DNA of 64,000 nucleotides, taken from an uncultured Clostridia bacterium. GTDB taxonomy: Bacteria; Bacillota; Clostridia; TANB77; CAG-508. Within the stretch, counting starts at the first letter, position 1. Each line of letters begins with the position of its first letter. Shown piece by piece: positions 38,177-48,340 of this stretch. The notes under the pieces were generated by a model. The model saw nothing but the letters and a program-made list of their open reading frames with translations. It was not told the DNA's origin and made no database searches. The stretch spans positions 1,927-65,926 of the forward strand of contig CALXAT010000009.1 of NCBI GenBank assembly GCA_944386365.1, given 5' to 3'. A program made the position numbers and the translations under genes.

Positions 38177-39103
38177 GTGATGAAAATGAATATTGTTCCT
38201 ACAAATGTTTTATACAATTCTTATCTATTAAGACAAAATCTGATTTTATTAAATCATACATATCCTTTTCTAAATATTCAAATCGTTGGAAATAGTGTAT
38301 TAAGAAAGCCTATTTATGTTGTAAAATTAGGTAAAGGACCTAATAAAGTCTTTTATTCGGGTTCTATTCATGCCAATGAATGGATTACTTCTGTTTTATT
38401 AATGAAATTTATAGAAGATTATTGTAATGCCTACATTACAAATGGCTCACTTTATGGATATTCTATAAGAAATCTTTTTAATAGTACATCTATCTATATC
38501 ATGCCTATGGTAAATCCTGATGGTGTTGATTTAGTCAATGGCTACATAAGTCAAAATTCTATCGCTTATCGAAATGTCGTTTCTATTAGTAATCGTTTCC
38601 CTGATATTCCTTTTCCTTCTGGTTGGAAAGCCAATATCAATGGTGTAGACTTAAACCTACAATTTCCTGCTGGATGGGAACAGGCTAAAGAAATCAAATA
38701 TGCACAGGGGTTTAATCAGCCAGCACCTCGTGATTTTGTAGGCTTTGGCCCTTTGACAGAACCAGAAGCTTTGACAATTTATAATTTTACTTTAATGCAT
38801 GATTTTAAATTAGTGCTCGCTTATCACACTCAAGGTCAAGAAATTTATTGGCAATTTCAAAACTTTAATCCACCTAACAGTTTAGAAATTGGTGAAAAAT
38901 TAGCTGAGGCTAGTGGATATAGACTTGCCGAAACGCCATATAATTCTAGCTTTGCAGGATACAAAGATTGGTTTATTCAAAATTATAATAGACCGGGATA
39001 TACCATTGAAGCAGGTATTGGAGAAAATCCTCTTCCTATTTCACAGTTTGATGAAATTTATAAGGATAATATAGGAATATTAATATTAAGTGCTGTTTTA
39101 TAA
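38177..39103 (+). CDS. M14-family zinc carboxypeptidase (gamma-D-glutamyl-L-diamino acid endopeptidase-like)
   Basis: GSIHANEW (HxxE) zinc motif, later HTQGQEIYW; 308 aa. Confidence 0.7.
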   Translation: MMKMNIVPTNVLYNSYLLRQNLILLNHTYPFLNIQIVGNSVLRKPIYVVKLGKGPNKVFYSGSIHANEWITSVLLMKFIEDYCNAYITNGSLYGYSIRNLFNSTSIYIMPMVNPDGVDLVNGYISQNSIAYRNVVSISNRFPDIPFPSGWKANINGVDLNLQFPAGWEQAKEIKYAQGFNQPAPRDFVGFGPLTEPEALTIYNFTLMHDFKLVLAYHTQGQEIYWQFQNFNPPNSLEIGEKLAEASGYRLAETPYNSSFAGYKDWFIQNYNRPGYTIEAGIGENPLPISQFDEIYKDNIGILILSAVL

Positions 39104-39150
39104 ACAAAAATACTAAGTTTTAATTACTTAGTATTTTTAATTTCCTTCAT

Positions 39151-39609
39151 TTAATATTCTTTCAATTTATATTTCAATAATTTTTCACCTTCGTATTCAA
39201 ATTTTATAGAAAAAAATCCGTCATCTTTTAATAGTTTTTCTACAAATAGATGATCTCCTTCCCAAGTATGTAATGTATTTATTTTTTCTTTATCTATCCA
39301 CACTACATCCCCTTCATCACATTCTATTAATTTTCCTTCAAACTCATTTGCAGTAAATACATACATATATTCTGTTTCCCATTTATTAGATACATAAGTG
39401 ACAATTCCTCTTAATTGATAGCTTTTTAGAATCAATCCTGTCTCTTCCTTTACTTCTCTTACAATACATTCTTCTGGGCTTTCTCCTTCTTCAAATTTGC
39501 CACCAACACCTAACCATTTATCTTTATTAATATCATTTTTCTTTTTGGTTCTATGTAACATTAAATATTTGCCATCTTTTTCTATATAGCATAGGGTTGA
39601 AAGAATCAT
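39151..39609 (-). CDS. NUDIX hydrolase (MutT-like)
   Basis: Nudix box GGKFEEGESPEECIVREVKEETGL; start MILSTL with RBS GGAGG. Confidence 0.75.
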   Translation of the reverse strand: MILSTLCYIEKDGKYLMLHRTKKKNDINKDKWLGVGGKFEEGESPEECIVREVKEETGLILKSYQLRGIVTYVSNKWETEYMYVFTANEFEGKLIECDEGDVVWIDKEKINTLHTWEGDHLFVEKLLKDDGFFSIKFEYEGEKLLKYKLKEY

Positions 39610-39610
39610 A

Positions 39611-40216
39611 TTATTTTTCCTCCATATCTGCAATTACTTTTTCTATTCTCCTGATAAACATATCTTTATCTTCTAAAGCTTCCACAAATTTCTTTTTAGC
39701 AATTTCAAATTCTTCATCATATAAATACGTTTTTGCATATCCATTTTTGCCATACTTCTCATTTAAATGTTCATATATTCTATTAACCTGCTCTTCTTTT
39801 GTCGTTAATTCTGGATAATTTTTTTTAGTGTATGAGTAAGTTCTTTTTATACAATTGTCTATACTTTTTATCGTTCTATCAGCAGTACTTACAATTTTTC
39901 CATATATGCTTCTAGGCTCATGGTCACTTGATGCTCTATGGTCTTCTATTGCTTCTTTTATAATTTGGATTTCTTCTTCTGTAAACCATTTCTTTATTTT
40001 GCTATCTTTCATAAAGATTTCTGCTGATAATTTTTCATGTATTTTTGGATTCATATAATGTCCTAAATCATGATAAGCAGCTACTGTATATACAATATTT
40101 TTATCCACTTCATATTTTTTTGCGATATTTAAACTTCGATTGATAACTGTGTAAATATGTCCGGATTCCATGTGCTTTCTCATTTCTTTCATATAAAGGA
40201 AAGATTTCTGTTTCAA
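39611..40216 (-). CDS. HD-domain phosphohydrolase (YpgQ-like); true start uncertain
   Basis: ESGHIYTVINRS...YHDLGH HD motif. The listed start is a TTG without an RBS. An ATG with RBS lies at 40269 in the other frame. Confidence 0.7.
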   Translation of the reverse strand: MKQKSFLYMKEMRKHMESGHIYTVINRSLNIAKKYEVDKNIVYTVAAYHDLGHYMNPKIHEKLSAEIFMKDSKIKKWFTEEEIQIIKEAIEDHRASSDHEPRSIYGKIVSTADRTIKSIDNCIKRTYSYTKKNYPELTTKEEQVNRIYEHLNEKYGKNGYAKTYLYDEEFEIAKKKFVEALEDKDMFIRRIEKVIADMEEK

Positions 40217-40315
40217 TATATCTTTTTAATTCTGAATTTATTTCATTATTTTTTGTTTCAAAGTTCATCTTTTTTCTCCTTCCTTCAAATATATCATATA
40301 TTTTCTTTTTTTTCT

Positions 40316-40353
40316 ATATAAAAAAGAAGTTCTAATGAACTTCTTTTAAAAAA
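40316..40353. terminator. hairpin AGAAGTTC/GAACTTCT flanked by A/T runs
   Basis: 8-bp stem straddling the fhs stop region. Confidence 0.5.
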
Positions 40354-42016
40354 TACCTACCACTTCTCCATTTTCATCTATATCAATACTTTCTGCAGCT
40401 GGTACTCTTGGTAATCCTGGCATTGTCATAATTTTTCCTGCAAGTGCTACAATAAAGCCTGCTCCAGTTTTTAATTCCAAATCTCTAATGGTAATATTGT
40501 ATTCATCTTTACATTCTAGATTTTTAGGATCATCTGAGAAAGAATATTGTGTTTTAGCAATACAAACTGGAAGATTTGCATATCCTAATTTTTCAATTCT
40601 TTCCATTTCTTTTAATGCTGCTTCTTCAAATACAACACCTTTTGCTCCATAAATCTTTGTTGCAACTTTTTCTATTTTTTCCTTAATTCCTTCATCTAGT
40701 TCATACATATATTGGAAATGTTCTTCCTTTTCTGTTAAGTTTACTAATTTTTGTGCAATATCGATAGCACCTTCTCCACCTTTTGCCCATCCTTCTACTA
40801 AGCTTAATTCTACGCCTTTTTCTTCTAGGTGTTTTCTTAAAGTTTCAATTTCTGCTTCTGTATCAGAATTAAATCTATTAATTGCTACAATGACATTTAA
40901 TCCAAATTTATCTTTAATATTAGAGATATGTCTATATAGATTGTCTAATCCTTTTTCAAGACCTTCTACATTTTCTTCTTGAATTTTATCTTTTTCAATT
41001 CCACCATGATATTTAAGGGCTTTTATGGTTGCAACAATAACCACAGCATCTGGTTTTATTCCTGCTTTTCTACATTTAATATCTAAGAATTTTTCTGCTC
41101 CTAAATCTGCTCCAAATCCTGCTTCAGTAACTGTATAATCTGCTAATTTTAATGCAAGCTTTGTTGCTACAATACTATTACATCCATGTGCTATATTGGC
41201 AAATGGTCCTCCATGAATAATTGCTGGTGTATGTTCTAGCGTCTGTACTAAATTTGGTTTAATCGCATCTTTCAATAGCACCGCCATAGCACCTTGTGCA
41301 TTTAAATCTTTTGCATAAATTGGTTTATCTTCTTCATTATATCCAATTAAAATATTTCCTAATTTTTCTTTTAAATCTTGTATATTCTCTGATAAGCATA
41401 ATACAGCCATAATTTCAGAAGCAACGGTTATATCAAATTTATCTTTTCTTGGAACAATTTTCTTTTCTCCTGAAAGACCTGTCTCTACAACTCTTAATTG
41501 TCTATCATTTAGGTCTACACATCTTTTCCAAACCACTTCTTTAAACTTTAATTCATTTCCAAAATAAATATGGTTGTCAATTAAACTTGCTAATAAATTA
41601 TTTGCTGCAGTTATTGCATGAATATCTCCTGTAAAATGTAAATTAATGTCCTCCATTGGAGCGACTTGTACTCTTCCACCTCCTGTTGCTCCACCTTTTA
41701 TTCCAAATACAGGACCTAAAGATGGTTCTCTTAATGCTAATATAGAAGTTTTATTAATTTTTCTTAATCCATCAGCAATTGCAATAGACATAGTTGTTTT
41801 TCCTTCTCCTAATGGTGTTGGGCTAATTGCTGTTACCAATATTAATTTTCCATTTTTTCTATCTTTTACCTTATCATATAATTTAGAAGAAAATTTTGCT
41901 TTGTACTTTCCATATAATTCTAAATCCTCTTCTTCCACATTTAATTTTTTTGCGACATCTACAATATTATCTAACTTTGTATTTCTAGCAATTTCAATAT
42001 CTGTCATTTTTTTCAC
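40346..42016 (-). CDS. fhs: formate--tetrahydrofolate ligase
   Basis: 556 aa, typical FTHFS with P-loop-like PTPLGEGKTT. Confidence 0.95.
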   Translation of the reverse strand: MKKMTDIEIARNTKLDNIVDVAKKLNVEEEDLELYGKYKAKFSSKLYDKVKDRKNGKLILVTAISPTPLGEGKTTMSIAIADGLRKINKTSILALREPSLGPVFGIKGGATGGGRVQVAPMEDINLHFTGDIHAITAANNLLASLIDNHIYFGNELKFKEVVWKRCVDLNDRQLRVVETGLSGEKKIVPRKDKFDITVASEIMAVLCLSENIQDLKEKLGNILIGYNEEDKPIYAKDLNAQGAMAVLLKDAIKPNLVQTLEHTPAIIHGGPFANIAHGCNSIVATKLALKLADYTVTEAGFGADLGAEKFLDIKCRKAGIKPDAVVIVATIKALKYHGGIEKDKIQEENVEGLEKGLDNLYRHISNIKDKFGLNVIVAINRFNSDTEAEIETLRKHLEEKGVELSLVEGWAKGGEGAIDIAQKLVNLTEKEEHFQYMYELDEGIKEKIEKVATKIYGAKGVVFEEAALKEMERIEKLGYANLPVCIAKTQYSFSDDPKNLECKDEYNITIRDLELKTGAGFIVALAGKIMTMPGLPRVPAAESIDIDENGEVVGIF

Positions 42017-42111
42017 TCCTTTTAATTCTTAATTTTTCTTTTCTTCTAGACATTTTTCTATTGTTTCATTACATTTTACAAAAATATTCTTCACATTCCC
42101 CCTTTTTCATT

Positions 42112-42585
42112 TTAATCCACAATAACTTGTTTATCTTTTAAATAGCTTTCTAAATGTTTCATAACCGCAACATCTAAATCTATTAGATTATTGGGTAAAT
42201 GCTGTATATCAAACCATTTGCATTCTGTTACTTCATGATCATTAAAATTTATACTGCCTTCATATTCCTCACAGCAAAATACATGATTCATGATATATAC
42301 TTCATCTTCATTTGGATAAATATGATGCATCTTTTTACCTGAAAATATACCATATAGTTTAGGATCTATGGGCGTTATATTCATTTCTTCTTTTAGTTCC
42401 CTATTTAAAGCCTCTAGATATGTTTCTCCTAATTCCATTCCGCCACCATGTATTCCCCAATTACCATCATCTGCTCTTTTTTGTAATAATACTTTATTAT
42501 CTTTACATATAATTAAACCCACTCCAGACATAATAATCGGTTTATGTCCAATTTTTTCTCTGATATTTTTTATATAATTTTTCAT
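42112..42585 (-). CDS. NUDIX hydrolase
   Basis: Nudix box GGGMELGETYLEALNRELKEEMNI. Confidence 0.75.
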   Translation of the reverse strand: MKNYIKNIREKIGHKPIIMSGVGLIICKDNKVLLQKRADDGNWGIHGGGMELGETYLEALNRELKEEMNITPIDPKLYGIFSGKKMHHIYPNEDEVYIMNHVFCCEEYEGSINFNDHEVTECKWFDIQHLPNNLIDLDVAVMKHLESYLKDKQVIVD

Positions 42586-42599
42586 TTTTTCTCCTTACT

Positions 42600-43040
42600 T
42601 TATGCAACTAATCCTGCTACAACCCCTATTAAAGCTCCTACAATTACTTGTACAGGTGTATGTCCTAACACTTCCACTAATTTTTCGGATACTTGTACTC
42701 CTGTAAGTCCTGGTGTTTCGACTAATTTATTTAATAAAGCAGCTTGTTTTCCTGCAGCTCTTCTTACACCACAAGCATCATACATAACCACAAATGCCAC
42801 TATGAATGATAAAGCAAATATAGGCGTATCCACACCTTCATATTTTCCAATTAATGTTGCTAAACTTGTTACAACTGCAGAGTGAGAACTTGGCATCCCA
42901 CCTGCTCCTAAGATTCTTTTAAAATTAAATTTCTTTGTTTTTACTAAATCATACAATAATTTAAATAATTGTATTCCAAACCATAATAAAAATGGTACAT
43001 ATATATATTTATTTTGAATAAATTCTATAAGTCCATTCAT
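42600..43040 (-). CDS. divergent PAP2-family membrane protein (YuiD-like)
   Basis: ...GGMPSSHSAVV...YDACGVRR... motifs. Confidence 0.6.
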   Translation of the reverse strand: MNGLIEFIQNKYIYVPFLLWFGIQLFKLLYDLVKTKKFNFKRILGAGGMPSSHSAVVTSLATLIGKYEGVDTPIFALSFIVAFVVMYDACGVRRAAGKQAALLNKLVETPGLTGVQVSEKLVEVLGHTPVQVIVGALIGVVAGLVA

Positions 43041-43065
43041 TCCTTCTTTTATCCCCCTATCCTTA

Positions 43066-43293
43066 TTATTCTGTTTTAAAATCTTCTTCTTTCATTTCTC
43101 CATTTTCATCATTTAACAATATACTTATTTTCTTTTCTGCATTTTCTAACATTTTATTACATTCTTTTGAGATTTTCATTCCTTCTTCAAATTTTACAAC
43201 AGAATCATCTAAATTTAAATTTCCATTTTCTAATTCATTAATTATTTTTTCTAATTGTTCTATTTGTTCTTCAAAACTTTTTTTCATTTTCAA
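43066..43293 (-). CDS. xseB: exodeoxyribonuclease VII small subunit
   Basis: SFEEQIEQLEKIINELENGNLNLDDSV... typical XseB. Confidence 0.8.
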   Translation of the reverse strand: MKMKKSFEEQIEQLEKIINELENGNLNLDDSVVKFEEGMKISKECNKMLENAEKKISILLNDENGEMKEEDFKTE

Positions 43294-43389
43294 TTCCTCT
43301 TTATTTTATTTACAATACTTTTATCGATATCTCTTGTATTAACAAAGTCATTGTATAAGAAAATTAATACAAGTTTATTTTAATTGTTT

Positions 43390-43563
43390 CTAAGCCTCTA
43401 TATTTACTGCTTCTAATTTATCAAAATCCATTTCATTTTTTATATCGTTATCTTTTTCACTTGTATCTTCTTGTTTCGTATATACATTATAACAAGCCAT
43501 TCCTACCATGATAATCAATAATACGATCATAATTATCATTAGTACTTTTTCTTTTACTTCCAT
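43390..43563 (-). CDS. small membrane protein (57 aa) inserted between xseA and xseB
   Basis: RBS AGAAGGAGAAG then ATG MEVKEKVLMIIMIVLLIIMVGMACYNVYTKQEDTSEKDNDIKNEMDFDKLEAVNIEA; below the ORF-track size cutoff. Confidence 0.4.
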   Translation of the reverse strand: MEVKEKVLMIIMIVLLIIMVGMACYNVYTKQEDTSEKDNDIKNEMDFDKLEAVNIEA

Positions 43564-43583
43564 TGTCTTCTCCTTCTTCTATC

Positions 43584-44777
43584 CTATATTATTTTTGCTT
43601 GTTTTTCACCGTCTTTTAATCTTATTGAAATCTGATCATCTATTTGTAATTCTGATACACTTTTTACAATAGTTCCATTTTTTTCAATAATAGAATATCC
43701 TCTCGTCAATGTTTTTAATGGACTTAATGTATCTAGTTTAGACACTAATTCTATATATTTATTTTTATTTTTTTCTTTTATCTTATTCATTACATTTTCC
43801 AATTGTTTTATATAGGTATCTATCTTTATATAATTTTCATTAATTCTTCTAGTTGGTTCTTTAAATACAGCACTAGACATACATTTTTCATATCTTAGTT
43901 TCATAATCTCTAATTTTTTTGTTAATGCCATTTTCAGTCTATTTTGATAGGTATTTATTTTTTGTTTTACTTCATAAATATCCGGCACTGCAAGTTCGGC
44001 AGCCGCAGATGGTGTCGGTGCTCTTAAATCTGCTACAAAATCAGATATTGAAAAATCCGTTTCATGTCCTACTGCTGATATAATTGGAATTTTAGATTGA
44101 TAAATGCTATTGGCAACAATTTCTTCATTAAAAGGCCATAAGTCTTCTAGTGAGCCTCCTCCTCTTGCTAGTATCAATACATCAGCTAATTGATGTTCAT
44201 TCATATATGCAATTCCATCAGCAATCTTTTCTGCTGCCCCTTCTCCTTGAACAGGAACTGGTAATAGCCTGATATATACATTTGGATTTCGTCTTGTAGA
44301 TACATTTATAATATCTCTTATAACAGAACCGGTTTGAGATGTTAATACACCTATAACTTTTGGCATCATTGGGATTTTTTGTTTATGACTTTCATCAAAT
44401 AAACCTTTTTCTTCTAACTCTTTTTTTAATTTTTGATATTTTGTATATAAATCTCCTAGTCCATCTTCTTCCATTACTTTTGCATAAATTTGATAAACAC
44501 CGTCTCTTTCAAATACAGAAACTGTACCTAATATATATACTTTCATACCATCTTTAGGTTCAAAATTTAGTTTTTGTGCATATGATTTAAACATAATACA
44601 TTTGATTAATGATTTTTCATCTTTTAATGTAAAATACATATGTCCTGTATAATGATGTTTAAAATTTGATATCTCTCCTTTTACTAGAATATTATTTAAA
44701 TATTCATCATCTGCAATTTTATCTTTTATATATTTATTTAAATCTGTTACACTTACTGCGAACTCTGCATATTTCAT
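43584..44777 (-). CDS. xseA: exodeoxyribonuclease VII large subunit
   Basis: 397 aa with an OB-fold N-terminus, typical XseA. Confidence 0.9.
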   Translation of the reverse strand: MKYAEFAVSVTDLNKYIKDKIADDEYLNNILVKGEISNFKHHYTGHMYFTLKDEKSLIKCIMFKSYAQKLNFEPKDGMKVYILGTVSVFERDGVYQIYAKVMEEDGLGDLYTKYQKLKKELEEKGLFDESHKQKIPMMPKVIGVLTSQTGSVIRDIINVSTRRNPNVYIRLLPVPVQGEGAAEKIADGIAYMNEHQLADVLILARGGGSLEDLWPFNEEIVANSIYQSKIPIISAVGHETDFSISDFVADLRAPTPSAAAELAVPDIYEVKQKINTYQNRLKMALTKKLEIMKLRYEKCMSSAVFKEPTRRINENYIKIDTYIKQLENVMNKIKEKNKNKYIELVSKLDTLSPLKTLTRGYSIIEKNGTIVKSVSELQIDDQISIRLKDGEKQAKII

Positions 44778-44848
44778 ATACTACTTCCTCTATTTAAACT
44801 AGGGATATTTTTATTGAAGTTTTCCCTCTATAAAATATCCCTGCCATA

Positions 44849-45250
44849 TTATTTATTTACAATACTTGCTAATATTCCATTGACAAAGTTTTTGGATGAA
44901 TCTTCTCCATATTTTTTTGCTAATTCTACTGCTTCATTTATTACAACTTTAAATGGTATATCTTTATATTTAATTTCATAAATTGCAAGTTTTAATATTG
45001 CTAAATCAATTTTGGAAATTCTATCTATTTTCCAATCTGATTTTAAGTTTTTTTCTATTAATCCTACAATTTCTTGTTTATTTTTTTCTATTCCTAAAAC
45101 TGCATCTTCTATGTATTCTTTTGCTTCTATATTTTCTATATTTTCACTTTCGAAATACAAGTCAATTTGTTCTTTTAAATTTTCTTGTTTTTGTATTTCT
45201 AAACTATAGATTAATTTAAAAGCTTTTTCTCTTATTGCTGTTCTATTCAT
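44849..45250 (-). CDS. nusB: transcription antitermination factor NusB
   Basis: [20 protein letters not shown]... typical NusB. Confidence 0.85.
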   Translation of the reverse strand: MNRTAIREKAFKLIYSLEIQKQENLKEQIDLYFESENIENIEAKEYIEDAVLGIEKNKQEIVGLIEKNLKSDWKIDRISKIDLAILKLAIYEIKYKDIPFKVVINEAVELAKKYGEDSSKNFVNGILASIVNK

Positions 45251-45267
45251 CTTTTTCCCCTTCTAAA

Positions 45268-45471
45268 TTACATTTTATCAATAAATTTCTTTAATTTACT
45301 TTTTACATCTTCTTTATTTCTTTGTACATAATTTCCTATAAAAGCGCCTAAGAATAATACAACAATTGCTAAGATTAATTTATCTAATCCTGTTATCAAA
45401 ATTAATATAGCGATTACAACACCTATTATTGCTCCTTTATATTGATTCCAAAAATCCTTAAAATTGTTCAT
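45268..45471 (-). CDS. DUF2273 small integral membrane protein
   Basis: 67 aa with 2 transmembrane segments; conserved partner of the Asp23/AmaP operon. Confidence 0.5.
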   Translation of the reverse strand: MNNFKDFWNQYKGAIIGVVIAILILITGLDKLILAIVVLFLGAFIGNYVQRNKEDVKSKLKKFIDKM

Positions 45472-45497
45472 ATTTTCACAACCTTTCCTACTTCAAA

Positions 45498-46064
45498 CTA
45501 AGAATTGTTATTTGGTATTTCTGGTGCCTTTTCCGCAACTTTTTTTACTGTTATATTTACTTCATTTACATCTAAATCTGTTGCTTTTTTAATTTTCTCT
45601 TTAATACTTGTTTGAAGCTTAGCAGATAAATCTTTAATAACTGCTTCTGAACTTACAACTAAATTTGCATATACTTTTACATTATTTTCTTTGTCTAATT
45701 CTACTCTAGTTGTAACATCTTCTGTACTTTCAAAGCCTTTTGCTACTGAGTTTACTAAGTTTTCAATCGTTTCTTTAGAAATCATTAATTTTCCGCTTTC
45801 ATTTTCCAATAAAACACCTTGTCTTTCATTTTCTTGTCCCTTTGATGTTGAACCAAAAAATATACATTTTATGGAAAGTAATATAAATACAACACTAACA
45901 CCTAAGATTACTTTTCCCCATACATCACTTACAAGCGCACCTCTTACAATTTCTCCTACCAATTCTGGATCTAACCATCTAAAAACTAATAAACACGCTA
46001 AAATAGATACTATTAACATTACATAAGAATATATGATTAATGTGATTTTTTCTAAGATTTTCAT
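45498..46064 (-). CDS. amaP: alkaline-shock response membrane anchor protein AmaP-like
   Basis: N-terminal transmembrane segment plus a soluble domain; downstream of asp23. Confidence 0.6.
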   Translation of the reverse strand: MKILEKITLIIYSYVMLIVSILACLLVFRWLDPELVGEIVRGALVSDVWGKVILGVSVVFILLSIKCIFFGSTSKGQENERQGVLLENESGKLMISKETIENLVNSVAKGFESTEDVTTRVELDKENNVKVYANLVVSSEAVIKDLSAKLQTSIKEKIKKATDLDVNEVNITVKKVAEKAPEIPNNNS

Positions 46065-46174
46065 TTTTTCTCTTCTCCTTTATTTCTTATTTTCTTTTTT
46101 ATAAAAACACTTCTTCAACTTATTGTTTTCTTTTCAAATATTCTTTATTGGATATTTTAAAACTTCTTCATTTT

Positions 46175-46642
46175 TTAGTTTTCATCACTATTATCTTCTT
46201 CTGTTTCTTCTGTGTTTGTCTCATTTGTTTTTTCACTCATAACAGCATCAGTATTTACACCTTGTACATGCACATTTACTTCTTCTACCTTTAATCCTGT
46301 CATACTTTCTACTGATTTTTTTACTCTGTTTTGTATTTCAAAAGCAACATCTGGTATTCTTGAACCATATTCTACGATAATATTTACATCTATTTTAGCA
46401 GTATCATCATTTATTTCTACCTTAATACCTTTTGCTAAATTCTTCTTTCCACTTAATACTTCTGTAATACCTCCAGCAAATCCTCCAGACATTCCAGATA
46501 CACCTTGAACTTCAGACACAGCTACACCTGCTATAACAGCCACAACATCGCTTGATATCTGTATGCCTTCATTTTCTGTTTTTATTTCTTCATTTAATTC
46601 TACAACTTCCCCATTTTCTACCTTTTTATTTTCTTCTTCCAT
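46175..46642 (-). CDS. Asp23/Gls24-family envelope stress protein
   Basis: Start MEEENKK with RBS AAAGGAGG; central Asp23 domain plus an acidic C-terminal tail. Confidence 0.8.
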   Translation of the reverse strand: MEEENKKVENGEVVELNEEIKTENEGIQISSDVVAVIAGVAVSEVQGVSGMSGGFAGGITEVLSGKKNLAKGIKVEINDDTAKIDVNIIVEYGSRIPDVAFEIQNRVKKSVESMTGLKVEEVNVHVQGVNTDAVMSEKTNETNTEETEEDNSDEN

Positions 46643-46763
46643 AATCTTTCCTCCTTTAAATATAAAAAAAGATATACTTAAAATTCTATATAAGTATATC
46701 AATTTTTTATGAATTTTACAACCATTTTCACAATATTTACACTTTTTTAAGAAATTGAACGTT

Positions 46764-46811
46764 GGGGACGTGCCAAAATGGACAAAAAATATCCAAAAGG
46801 GACAGATCTTT
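46764..46811 (+). repeat. GGGAC dispersed repeat, copy C (full form)
   Basis: TTGGGGACGTGCCAAAATGGACAAAAAATATCCAAAAGGGACAGATCT between fmt and asp23. Confidence 0.6.
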
Positions 46812-46847
46812 TAAGTTGAATCTCCCCCTAAAAATCTGTCTCTTTTT

Positions 46848-47804
46848 TTATTCAAAAACATCAAATTCTTGAATTGGATTTCCTCTTAAATAGTCTTGTA
46901 TTGGCATTCTTTTTGCATTTTCTCCCTGAATCTCTAAGACTTTTAAAATCCCTTCTTTACATTTAATATATATACCATCTTTAGGATCCGATATAATAAC
47001 TGTACCATTGGTTAAAAATCCTAAGTTTTCTGCATGTATTTCATCTTCTCCTGCCACTTTTACCTTCCAAAACTTTATCTTTTTTCCATTTAAAAATGTG
47101 TAAGCCCCCATAATTGGATTTAAACCTCTTACCAAGTTCTTGATTTCTTCCGCTGTTTTACGGTTCCATTCAATTTTTGCTATATCTTTTGATAACATTG
47201 GTGCAACTGTAAAATCTTCTCCTTGCTTTTCTCTTGGCGCGGTTCCTTTTTCAATTTGTTTTAGGGTTTCAACTAATATTTTTCCACCAATTACTTTTAA
47301 TCTGTCCCATAATTCTCCAGTTGTTTCATCTTCACCAATTTCTACTTCTTGTTTTAATATGATATCACCTGTATCCATTCCAATATCCATATACATAGTT
47401 GTAACACCAGTTACTTTATCTCCATTTAATATTGCCCTTTGAATTGGAGCAGCTCCTCTATATTTAGGTAATAAAGATGCATGTACATTAATACAACCAA
47501 ATGGTGGAATATCTAAAATTTCTTTTGGTAATATCTTTCCATATGCTACCACACAAATAACATCTGGTTTTATTGCTTTTAGTTCATTTATAAACTCTTC
47601 ATTATCTTTTACTTTCTCTGGTTGAAAAATCTTTAAGTTCTTTTGGATTGCAAATTCTTTTACAGGACTTGGAATCATTTTCATTCCTCTCCCCTTTGGT
47701 CTATCTGGATTTGTTACAACTCCTATAATTTCATGTCCTGCTTCATAGATAGCTTTTAAGCTTTCTTCTGCAAAATCTGGTGTTCCCATAAATACAACTT
47801 TCAT
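46848..47804 (-). CDS. fmt: methionyl-tRNA formyltransferase
   Basis: MKVVFMGTPDFA... with SLLPKYRGAAPI motif. Confidence 0.9.
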   Translation of the reverse strand: MKVVFMGTPDFAEESLKAIYEAGHEIIGVVTNPDRPKGRGMKMIPSPVKEFAIQKNLKIFQPEKVKDNEEFINELKAIKPDVICVVAYGKILPKEILDIPPFGCINVHASLLPKYRGAAPIQRAILNGDKVTGVTTMYMDIGMDTGDIILKQEVEIGEDETTGELWDRLKVIGGKILVETLKQIEKGTAPREKQGEDFTVAPMLSKDIAKIEWNRKTAEEIKNLVRGLNPIMGAYTFLNGKKIKFWKVKVAGEDEIHAENLGFLTNGTVIISDPKDGIYIKCKEGILKVLEIQGENAKRMPIQDYLRGNPIQEFDVFE

Positions 47805-47836
47805 AAAAATCTCCTTTTTTTATATTCACTATTTCT

Positions 47837-48322
47837 TTATTTTTCTGGCTCAATATATTCTAGTGTTCCTGGGATGATTTTATCAATAAATAATTCTCCA
47901 TCTAAATGGTCTAGTTCATGAGCAATCGCTTGTGCTAACAACTCTTTTGCTTTTACACGCATTCTTTTTCCATCTCTATCTGTATATTCTGCTACCACTT
48001 CTGCTGGTCTAATTACTTTTGCAAATTCATTTGGAAAACTTAAACATCCTTCTTCTACTTCTTGTTCTCCCTTTGTTTTTATAATCACTGGATTAATTAA
48101 TACAATTGGTCCATGGTCATCATATAAGTCTATTACAACAATTCTTTTTAATACACCAACTTGAACAGCAGCTAGTCCTACTCCATTATATTTATGCATA
48201 GTTTCTATCATATCATCAATTAAAGTTTGTATTTTTTCTGTTAAAATTTCTTCTTCCGGAACTTCTCTTGATTTTTTCTTTAATATTTCGTCTCCTTGAT
48301 ATCTCAAATTTCTAATTGCCAT
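47837..48322 (-). CDS. def: peptide deformylase
   Basis: GVGLAAVQVG, EGCLSFP and HELDHL motifs. Confidence 0.9.
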   Translation of the reverse strand: MAIRNLRYQGDEILKKKSREVPEEEILTEKIQTLIDDMIETMHKYNGVGLAAVQVGVLKRIVVIDLYDDHGPIVLINPVIIKTKGEQEVEEGCLSFPNEFAKVIRPAEVVAEYTDRDGKRMRVKAKELLAQAIAHELDHLDGELFIDKIIPGTLEYIEPEK

Positions 48323-48340
48323 CTATATTCCTTCCTTTCA

